From a virus (Duplodnaviria > Caudoviricetes): a stretch of DNA of 29,657 nt. The notes under the pieces were generated by a model. The model worked only from the letters and a program-made list of their open reading frames with translations, was not told the origin of the DNA and searched no databases. Numbering within the stretch: the first letter of the stretch is position 1; each line of letters begins with the position of its first letter. The stretch is taken from the IMG/VR virus record IMGVR_UViG_3300021976_000059; one strand, given 5' to 3'. A program made the position numbers and the translations under genes. Positions 1 through 6,567 of the stretch are shown one piece after another.

Positions 1-126
1 AACGGCGGGCGTCGCGCTGATCGCATCGGCGATGTGGCGCAGTCGGTCACCACCGCGTCCTCGGCTTCGGTTGAGGGTCGGGTGCCTTGGTCGGATCGCC
101 GGTCGACAGGTTGCACCACTCGCACG
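1..126. repeat. Terminal direct repeat, copy 1 (circular assembly overlap)
   Basis: 1-126 is identical to 29524-29649. The HNH gene runs across the join towards cos/TerS as expected for a circular map. Confidence 0.95.
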
Positions 127-304
127 CGGCGACCAGGTGCGCGGGGTCGTCGCCCGTGACTGCCCTGCCATGGACGTGGTGCACGTGGGTGGCCACGCCG
201 GTGCAGCCGTCGAGCTGGATGCGGCAGCGGTACCCGTCACGGGCCAGGACCTGGGCGCGGGTACGGCGCCATCGACGAGTGCTGCCCTTCGCCCATGAGC
301 TCAC
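47..304 (-). CDS. HNH endonuclease (terminase-associated type)
   Basis: WRRTRAQVLARDGYRC...GC...HVHH...HLVAACEWCN motif. GTGA overlap with the upstream gene. Lies immediately before cos/TerS on the circle. Confidence 0.9.
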   Translation of the reverse strand: MSSWAKGSTRRWRRTRAQVLARDGYRCRIQLDGCTGVATHVHHVHGRAVTGDDPAHLVAACEWCNLSTGDPTKAPDPQPKPRTRW

Positions 305-573
305 GCTGGCGACCAGGCGCCGGCGGTGATGAAGCCGTGCAGCCCGCAGTCTGGGCACAGGATCGACGGCACGACGGTCAGCGGATCCGACGACACCACC
401 GAGTGGCCGTCGCCGAGGCGTAGGGCCGGGGCGCACACGATCTGCGTGTCGTCGATCACCCTGCAGGCATGCTCGATGCGGATCGAGCCGTCCTCGTAGT
501 AGAGGACGATGACGGCGCCCAGCGGCTGCGACCGCACCCAGCCCGGTGGCACTAGCCGAGCCGTGGTGGTCAT
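301..573 (-). CDS. Small Cys/His protein, DUF6527-like
   Basis: C-terminal PLTVVPSILCPDCGLHGFITAGAW resembles my recollection of the DUF6527 signature. Coupled to HNH. Confidence 0.65.
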   Translation of the reverse strand: MTTTARLVPPGWVRSQPLGAVIVLYYEDGSIRIEHACRVIDDTQIVCAPALRLGDGHSVVSSDPLTVVPSILCPDCGLHGFITAGAWSPA

Positions 574-653
574 GGGTCACCCCTCGGTAGGTGGTGGCCT
601 CAGCCCACTAGCCACCGGGCCGGGCCCTCCTGTTTCGTCCCGGTCCCATCGGT

Positions 654-920
654 TCAGTAGGTGGCCACCGACATGACCCGCACCGGCCGTCCCTGGAGCA
701 CCGAGTGCAGCCACTGCGCCCGGAGCTCCGACATCTCCCAGGTCGTCCGGATCCCATCCCGGCCCTCGATGACCAGGCGCACGCCCTGCGCCGGCGGCGG
801 GCTGAGGAAGTACGCAGGCGACAGCAGGTCCTCGAGGGCGAAGTACGCCGACGCCGGCGAATGGGCCTCGGGTGGCTGGCCGGGGAAGATCCCGCCCTGG
901 TGCATCTTCGGGGAGCCCAA
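654..920 (-). CDS. Hypothetical protein beginning with a tape-measure-like MHQGGIFPG motif (start uncertain: TTG 920 or ATG 905)
   Basis: Open frame fills the operon gap with GC-rich codon usage. PKMHQGGIFPGQP matches tape measure PSMHQGGIFPGAP. Confidence 0.6.
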   Translation of the reverse strand: MGSPKMHQGGIFPGQPPEAHSPASAYFALEDLLSPAYFLSPPPAQGVRLVIEGRDGIRTTWEMSELRAQWLHSVLQGRPVRVMSVATY

Positions 921-937
921 TCTTCGTGCCGACGGGC

Positions 938-1162
938 CTAGAGCAGCATCCGCATTGGGTAGGCCTCGATGTCCCGGTTGCGTGGTGGCCGGCACTGGGC
1001 CAGCTCCTCCTCGAACTGGGCCTGGTCCTCGGCGACGTCGACGGCGATGCGGGTGATCATGCAGTGGATCGGGATGCCGCTCTCGGTGTGGCCCTCCCAG
1101 ATGCGGGCGGGCACGCCGTTGACCTCGACGACCTTGGTGGTGGACTCGATCCTGATCCTCAT
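938..1162 (-). CDS. Hypothetical protein (74 aa)
   Basis: MRIRIESTTKVVEVNGVPARIWEG... has globular composition. ATGA overlap with the upstream gene. Confidence 0.8.
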   Translation of the reverse strand: MRIRIESTTKVVEVNGVPARIWEGHTESGIPIHCMITRIAVDVAEDQAQFEEELAQCRPPRNRDIEAYPMRMLL

Positions 1163-1404
1163 GGGTGCACCATGTCGGGGCAGCCGCACGCCCGGCCAGA
1201 TGGAGGGACGGGGCCGTCGGCGGTGCAGTCGTAGCCGAGGCACCGGTACGGGCACTCCGCGCCCTCGCCGACGTTCTCGCCGTGGCTGTTGTGGCCGCCC
1301 TCGTTGGGGTGCGAGGTGTCGTCGTGGCGATGCCAGTCGGCGGGGTGTTCGCAGCGCTGGCACAGGTCCACGTCGGTGCGCGTGTGCGTGACGGTGCGGG
1401 TCAT
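1159..1404 (-). CDS. Cys/His-rich hypothetical protein (81 aa)
   Basis: CQRCEHPADWH...CPYRC...C...CGC. Starts 2 nt after the previous stop and overlaps the next gene by ATGA. Confidence 0.7.
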   Translation of the reverse strand: MTRTVTHTRTDVDLCQRCEHPADWHRHDDTSHPNEGGHNSHGENVGEGAECPYRCLGYDCTADGPVPPSGRACGCPDMVHP

Positions 1405-1406
1405 GG

Positions 1407-1676
1407 CTACATGCTCAACCCGGAGGGGTTTGGACGCTCGATGGCCGGGTGGAAGTCGCCGACGAGGGACCGGACGAAGCAGTCCTTGGCCTCGAGCAGC
1501 TTGCGCAGGCCGGTGGTGAGCTCGGGCCCGTCGGGCAGCCGGCCGATCATCTCTTCGGCGAGGCCTGCGCACTCGGCGGCGACCGGCTGCAGGTGCTCGG
1601 GCAGGTGGTCATGCTCGAACCAGCGGGCGATCTGCCGGGTGCTGGGGTGCCGTTCGCTGAGGTCCAGGTTGATCAT
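1407..1676 (-). CDS. Putative Acb2/Tad1-like helical-hairpin protein (candidate anti-defence sponge)
   Basis: FEHDHLPEHLQPV...LPDGPELTTGLRKLLEAKDCFVRS is a conserved small phage family pattern. The link to the Acb2/Tad1 fold is from recall. Confidence 0.6.
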   Translation of the reverse strand: MINLDLSERHPSTRQIARWFEHDHLPEHLQPVAAECAGLAEEMIGRLPDGPELTTGLRKLLEAKDCFVRSLVGDFHPAIERPNPSGLSM

Positions 1677-1734
1677 GGTCGCGAGTTTCGTACCGCTTTG
1701 CTCCGGAGTGGGGCATCTAGGCAGCGAGAGAGGA

Positions 1735-1754
1735 CCGCTTCCCTTGAGAAGCGG
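1735..1754 (-). terminator. Hairpin after the methyltransferase stop
   Basis: ccgcttc-N6-gaagcgg 7-bp stem directly downstream of the stop. No clear U-tract. Confidence 0.35.
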
Positions 1755-1756
1755 CA

Positions 1757-2473
1757 CTATCTGGGCGCAGCCAGGGCTGCGAGGTCTCCCGCCGCCTTCT
1801 CGCAGTGGCGTTCGTCGATCTCCATACCGATCGCCTGGCGTCCCTCGGCCTGGGCCGCGAGCAGGGTGGACCCACGACCAGCGAACGGGTCGAGGACGGT
1901 CTCGCCGAGCATCGACGACGACTCGATGAGCTGCCGCAGGAGCACTACCGGCTTGGGCGTCGCATGCGGGCTGTGACGGTCCTCCAGCTGCCCGGCGTTC
2001 GCCCGTGGCACACGCACGATGCTGCCGCGCCGCAACCGGGCTGCGAGACGCCCATCGCCTGCCGCTCGGCCCGACGGCCGGGACACATAGACCCCGAAAG
2101 TGATCGGCTCCCAGCTCGGGCCCCAGGGCAGCGAGAGATCGCCCATGCCCAACATGGCCTTGTCCCAGACGAGCTCGGCGGTGGTGCCGATCGGCAGGCC
2201 GGACAGGTCAGGTCGACCGAAGACGTACAGGTGCCGGTGGCTGCGGAGCAGCCGGAGGCTCGCCGCCAACCCGGCCTCGACGAGCTCGTCGGCCTTGTCG
2301 CCGTCGCCGTTGATCCGCGCCAGCTTGTTGGTGCGGTGGTTGCTCTGCCAGTTCACGCCGTAGGGCGGGTCGGTGACGATGAGGTCGACCGAGTCGCGAG
2401 GAAGGCTCGGGAGCACCTCGCGGCAATCACCGTGGTAGAGCGTGATCTGGCCGTCGTCGTAGTACGGGGTCAT
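1757..2473 (-). CDS. DNA methyltransferase, N6-A/N4-C, beta class
   Basis: LYHGDCREVL, DLIVTDPPYG (motif IV), HATPKPV and VLDPFAGRGST (motif I). ATGA overlap with the recombinase. Confidence 0.95.
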   Translation of the reverse strand: MTPYYDDGQITLYHGDCREVLPSLPRDSVDLIVTDPPYGVNWQSNHRTNKLARINGDGDKADELVEAGLAASLRLLRSHRHLYVFGRPDLSGLPIGTTAELVWDKAMLGMGDLSLPWGPSWEPITFGVYVSRPSGRAAGDGRLAARLRRGSIVRVPRANAGQLEDRHSPHATPKPVVLLRQLIESSSMLGETVLDPFAGRGSTLLAAQAEGRQAIGMEIDERHCEKAAGDLAALAAPR

Positions 2474-3252
2474 GCCGCGGCGTGCGCCCGCTCGAGGGCA
2501 CCGTTTCGACGTGGCCGGGCCCCAGCGGCCGCCTGGTCGACGTCGAGGACCTGACGGAGGACCTCGAGGACCTGGCCGAGGCCTTCGACGGCCTGGCGCA
2601 GGGCGACGTCCCGGCTGCCGGCGCCGACGGTGTCTGGCTCGTTCCAGCTGCGCTGGCGCATGTGGTCGAGCAGCACGGTCGGGCGCAGGTCGTGGATGTA
2701 GCGGTCGGTGGTGGCGAGCGACTTGTGGCCGAGCTGGTCCTTGATCTCGTACACCGATGCTCCGGAGTCGGCCATGTCCGAGGCCAGCGAGTGGCGCAGG
2801 CCGTGCGGGTGGATCCGCTTCGTCAACCCCGCCCGGGCGCCAATCCGGGCCAGCGCGGCCCGCACGTAGCGGGGCTGCAGCGGCCGGCCGTGCTGACCGG
2901 CCGAGTAGGTGGCGAACACGCGGTGGTGGGCGCCGAGGCCGAGGGCCTGGCGCGTGGCCATCCACAGGTCGATCAGGGCGCAGCTGTAGGCGTCGATGCC
3001 GACCGTGCGGGCCCGGCGGCCCTTGCCCTCCCGGACACGCACCGTCTGGGCGACGGTGTCGATGTCCCGGGGCTCGAGATCGAGGCACTCCTGCAGGCGC
3101 AGCCCGGCCCCGAACAGCACGGCGATCAGGGCCCGCATCCGGATCCCGGTCAGGCTCCGGCGCGACGCCGCGGCGAGCAGCTGCAGCACCTCGTCGCGCG
3201 TCAGCGGCTCGGCCGGGAACTTCCGGCCCTTGTTCGTCGGCGGCCTGGTCAT
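2470..3252 (-). CDS. Tyrosine recombinase, catalytic domain only
   Basis: GLRLQE (R), GKG (K), HGLRH (HxxR), LGH and TDRY (Y). Strong SD GGAGG before ATG 3252. No N-terminal core-binding or arm-binding domain. Confidence 0.93.
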   Translation of the reverse strand: MTRPPTNKGRKFPAEPLTRDEVLQLLAAASRRSLTGIRMRALIAVLFGAGLRLQECLDLEPRDIDTVAQTVRVREGKGRRARTVGIDAYSCALIDLWMATRQALGLGAHHRVFATYSAGQHGRPLQPRYVRAALARIGARAGLTKRIHPHGLRHSLASDMADSGASVYEIKDQLGHKSLATTDRYIHDLRPTVLLDHMRQRSWNEPDTVGAGSRDVALRQAVEGLGQVLEVLRQVLDVDQAAAGARPRRNGALERAHAAA

Positions 3253-3400
3253 GGCGCCTCCCCTCCCCCAGCGGGGGCTGATGGCGACCGGCCCCCAAAC
3301 GCGCAACAGCCGCCCGAGCGGTCATGTCTCGGACGGCTGAAGCATCGACGTACGTGTCGAACCTGCCGGCACCGTAACACGCCACCTGCGTTTGTCCAGC
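3253..3400 (-). promoter_or_regulatory. Putative promoter and dyad-rich leader of the recombinase
   Basis: Minus strand TGGACA-N16-TACGGT. TCGAC-N6-GTCGA dyad. 12-bp inverted arms at 3307-3318 and 3328-3339. Confidence 0.45.
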
Positions 3401-3429
3401 TAGACGCTGGTTTGGAGTTTGGAATTCGC

Positions 3430-4107
3430 TCAGGTCACGTGGATGCGCCAGCGGCCTCGTTGTTCGTGGTCGCTGATCTGCTTGTCGCTCGGGAGGTACC
3501 CGGCCCGGGAGCCGGCGGCCGCCGTCTGGCGCACGAAGCTGTGGCAGGCCTCGCAGAGCGCCTTGGCGCGTTCGAGGCGGTCGCCGACGGTGCCGGTGGC
3601 GTAGATGGGGCGATCCCAGCCCTTGCCGCGCTTGCGGGTGCAGTGGTCGCAGGTCTTCGGCGCCGGCGGCCCGGTCTTGAGGAGGTCGTCGAGCGACGCC
3701 AACGCGCCGAACGCCCTCTGGACGCCGGCGACAGCGGAGTCGACCGCCTGGACGGCGCGGACGGTGAGCTCGTGATGGCGGTCACGAAGCTGTCTCACTG
3801 CCCGCTCGTCAGGCTCGATCCGCGCTATCACCGTGCCCTCGACGGAGGTCACCGCGACGACGTCGGCCGGCCCGTTCTCATCCGCCTCGACGGCGACGAC
3901 CGGCCCGCCACGGCCGCCGCCGCCGAGAGTCCCGGTCGGGTAGCCATCCGGGACCGACACGCCTGTGCCGTCCCGTTGGACCGCCCGGACCAGCCGGGCC
4001 TCGAGGTCGTCGATGCGGCGCGGCTGCCCCTTGGCGGGCGCTTCGCCCAGCGCGCGCAGGGTCTCGGTGAGGCGTTGGATGGAGACCGTCGTTGGGAGCA
4101 GCGCCAC
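3430..4107 (-). CDS. Hypothetical protein with C-terminal CxxC...CxxC zinc finger
   Basis: CDHC...CEAC, helical middle region, good codon usage. Confidence 0.8.
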   Translation of the reverse strand: MALLPTTVSIQRLTETLRALGEAPAKGQPRRIDDLEARLVRAVQRDGTGVSVPDGYPTGTLGGGGRGGPVVAVEADENGPADVVAVTSVEGTVIARIEPDERAVRQLRDRHHELTVRAVQAVDSAVAGVQRAFGALASLDDLLKTGPPAPKTCDHCTRKRGKGWDRPIYATGTVGDRLERAKALCEACHSFVRQTAAAGSRAGYLPSDKQISDHEQRGRWRIHVT

Positions 4108-4119
4108 GCCGCACCGGGC

Positions 4120-4332
4120 TCACGCCGCGCCCGACGGCCGGTACTGGCGTTGCCGTCGAAGGAAGCGCACGAGCTCGACCCGCTCGATCAACGTCCGGGA
4201 ACCGGTCTTGCGGGCGAGCAGCTCGCCGGTGGCCAGGAGCCGGTAGACCTGCCGGCGGGACATCGACAGCTCACGGGCCGCGTCCTCAACCCGGTAGGCG
4301 AGCAACGAGGGAGCGCTACCCGACCGATCCAT
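4120..4332 (-). CDS. Excisionase-like HTH DNA-binding protein
   Basis: LAYRVEDAARELSMSRRQVYRLLATGELLARKTGSRTLI is a typical HTH_17/Xis pattern. Confidence 0.9.
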   Translation of the reverse strand: MDRSGSAPSLLAYRVEDAARELSMSRRQVYRLLATGELLARKTGSRTLIERVELVRFLRRQRQYRPSGAA

Positions 4333-4475
4333 GGGTGAAGGCTGCCAGCGGCGCACCCGGTTGGCTAGTAAACACGCTGATCAGACACCGTCTTGACCAA
4401 CTTGTAGTGCCTGGCCGTGCCATAGCGTGCCACGCTCCGTGGCGGCGGGGAGCCGATCGTAAGCTCCGCGACGTC

Positions 4476-5052
4476 ATGCCGTTCTCCGGCCCCGATGTGC
4501 GCCCCTGGCACGAGGCCGTCGACTGGTCGCAGGTCGCCGGCGCCGGCCACCGCCTCGGCTGGTGCCCCGCCACCACGGGCATCGCCGGCGTCGACCCGCG
4601 GTTCGAGTCGAACTGGCCCGCGATGGCGGCCGCCGGGATGGTGCGCGGGGCCGTGCACACCCTCAGCACGTCCTATGTCGGCCGCAGCGAGGCCCGCCAC
4701 TTCGCCAACGTCCTCGGCGACCCCACCGGCATGCTCACCGCCGTCGCGGTCCAACCCGACGGCCACCGCCTCGACGATCGGCTCCCCGCCATCGAACAGG
4801 TCGCCGACTTCGCCACCGAGTGGCAGCACCTCACCGGCCACCCGCTCATCCATCTGGGGCGCGCCTCGCAGTGCGTGCGCCGGCGTCGCCGGCCTCTGCG
4901 GACTCACCCTGTTCACCGGCCACCAGGACGCCCTGCACGGGCTCCTGGGCCTCGAACCGGCGCCCGAGCCCTTCACCCGCCGGCTGCTGCGCCGCATCGT
5001 CCTCGGCGGCCTCAAGCTCCCACGGAGACGCCCACCCGCCGGCGGCCCGTGA
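4476..5052 (+). pseudogene. Degenerate GH25 muramidase with frameshift and apparent internal deletion
   Basis: GPDVRPWHEAVDWSQV, ATTG...DPRFESNW...AAGMVRGAVH. The catalytic D-x-E reads A-V-Q. The GH25-like C-terminus (IW...GVAGLCGLTLFTG...L) continues in another frame after ~4851. Confidence 0.75.
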
Positions 5053-5101
5053 CGAGCTCCCCTCGAGGGGGGTCCCACAGCGACCGCCTCGTAGAGCCAC
5101 A

Positions 5102-5218
5102 TCACGAGCCCCTCACCGTTGCCCGGATGCCGGCGATGAACACGACGACGAAGACGACGGCGGCGGCGATCACCAGAAACGTCAGGGCGTACGAGCCGAG
5201 GTGGCGGATCACCTTCAT
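5102..5218 (-). CDS. Small single-pass membrane protein (38 aa)
   Basis: MKVIRHLGSYALTFLVIAAAVVFVVVFIAG. ATGA overlap. Confidence 0.65.
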   Translation of the reverse strand: MKVIRHLGSYALTFLVIAAAVVFVVVFIAGIRATVRGS

Positions 5219-5451
5219 GATCCCTCGAGGTCCTGGAGCGGCACCCAGTAGCCGTCCACCAGCTCGATGAGGCAGCCCTTCACCAGCTCGTAGCGATGCC
5301 CCAGGCCGAGCTCGTCGCCGCGCTGGCCGCACCTCCGGGCATCCCACCAGAACATGCCCGTCGCCCCCACCAGCGTGATCACGGCGACCAGCACGATGTT
5401 GCTGAGCACCGACCAGAAGTCGTCGCGGTGCTTGACGCCTCGGGCCCTCAC
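5215..5451 (-). CDS. Membrane-anchored hypothetical protein (78 aa)
   Basis: One transmembrane segment followed by a C...GC pair. GTGA overlap. Confidence 0.75.
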   Translation of the reverse strand: MRARGVKHRDDFWSVLSNIVLVAVITLVGATGMFWWDARRCGQRGDELGLGHRYELVKGCLIELVDGYWVPLQDLEGS

Positions 5452-5756
5452 GACGGCCGTGCTGCGAGGACTGCCCGTTCCAGGGGCGTGAGGTCCCAGG
5501 TGGCCACGACGGACCACAAGTCGCCCCGGATGTGGCGGAGCAGCGCGGGGTCGACCGGCGGGGTCGGGTCCCACTTCTCGACCTCCCACAGGATGTGGAA
5601 CAGGTGCAGGCGTCGCCGGTTGGGGCGGTGCTGCGGAGGGATGAGCGGAACGACCGTCCGGCCACGGTGGCGCCGCTCGCCGGCGAGCTGCGCCTCGTAC
5701 TCCTTGAGCCGCTCGGCGGCATCCTCAGGGCTCATCTCGAGGGTGCTCAGGTTCAT
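5448..5756 (-). CDS. Conserved phage hypothetical protein (102 aa)
   Basis: SD AGGAGG. HILWEVEKW...DPALLRHIRGDLWSVVATWDLTPLERAVL motif. Confidence 0.85.
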   Translation of the reverse strand: MNLSTLEMSPEDAAERLKEYEAQLAGERRHRGRTVVPLIPPQHRPNRRRLHLFHILWEVEKWDPTPPVDPALLRHIRGDLWSVVATWDLTPLERAVLAARPS

Positions 5757-5790
5757 GCGCTGGCCTCCTGCTGTCCCCGGTGTCCGACTC

Positions 5791-6078
5791 TCATGCCGGG
5801 CCCGCCAGGTCGTAGCGGCGGAGCTCGAACCGGCGGCCCATGCGGGGAAGCTGGGCGACGGCCAGGGCGAAGTGACCACGGGCCAGGCTCTCGCTGCCGG
5901 TGACGAGTGCCACGGCGCCTAGCCCGGGGAGCTGGGCCCCGATGATCCCCTCTCCGCCCATGGCGTCGATCGCCACCCACGCCCAGAGGGACGGGATGCC
6001 GTCGGGGGTCCCGGGTGCGTCGTCGACGATCGGCTCCCTCTTGACGTCCCACACATCGCCGCCGCTCCGGCCCGCCAT
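5791..6078 (-). CDS. Hypothetical protein (95 aa)
   Basis: LWAWVAIDAMGGEGII globular pattern. TGATG coupling. Confidence 0.75.
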   Translation of the reverse strand: MAGRSGGDVWDVKREPIVDDAPGTPDGIPSLWAWVAIDAMGGEGIIGAQLPGLGAVALVTGSESLARGHFALAVAQLPRMGRRFELRRYDLAGPA

Positions 6079-6566
6079 CAGGCTGCGACTCGCGATCGCC
6101 AGCCATCCACGTTCTGTAAAGCTGCCGTCGCCGCCTCCCGTGGATCCGCAGAGTGCTCGAACGCGCACGGCAGGTCAGCCAGCACGCCGTCGACGTCGTG
6201 CGCCGGCTCGTGGTCGACGTTGAGCTCGTAGAGGAACCGCCGGTACTTGGCCAGCGCTGCGGCGCCACGTGGCACACCGATCATGTGCTCGCCGGTGAAC
6301 TCGGACTCGACCCAAGCGAGGAACCGGAACACGTCGATGCCGTCAGGGTTCGTGGCCATTGCTCGAGCACGCAAGTCGTCGAGCTCGCAGACGCACGTCG
6401 GGCCGTAGTCGCGCCAAGCCCATCGTCCCGCGATCGGCTCCTTGATGTGTCGTACTTGCGCTGCTCCGCTCATAAGGAACCCGCCATTTCCGTGGGGTTT
6501 TCCACTGACCGCATCGTAGTCGAAGAGTGTGACAGTGAAGCCTGTCGCAGGACGCTCTGTGGTCAT
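6078..6566 (-). CDS. Hypothetical protein (162 aa)
   Basis: Starts 1 nt after the initiator stop and is coupled to the next gene. Confidence 0.7.
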   Translation of the reverse strand: MTTERPATGFTVTLFDYDAVSGKPHGNGGFLMSGAAQVRHIKEPIAGRWAWRDYGPTCVCELDDLRARAMATNPDGIDVFRFLAWVESEFTGEHMIGVPRGAAALAKYRRFLYELNVDHEPAHDVDGVLADLPCAFEHSADPREAATAALQNVDGWRSRVAA

Positions 6567-6567
6567 C

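Noticed and set aside
577-615. 12-codon minus-strand micro-ORF (MASGLRPPPTEG) behind an AGGAGG
   Set aside because: Too short to support without conservation data.
873-912. Duplicated segments as DGR template/variable repeats
   Set aside because: No reverse transcriptase, the repeats are too short, and the mismatches are not adenine-specific.
3345-3360. Possible LexA (SOS) box upstream of the recombinase
   Set aside because: TCGACGTACGTGTCGA matches only the outer TCGA of the actinobacterial TCGAAC-N4-GTTCGA consensus.
1757-3385. 542-aa recombinase-overlapping methyltransferase fusion
   Set aside because: The N-terminal part is an off-frame shadow of the recombinase. The MTase starts at 2473 with an ATGA overlap.
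4365-5105. 246-aa minus-strand ORF coupled to the small membrane gene
   Set aside because: It is antisense to the GH25-like sequence and has shadow-frame composition.
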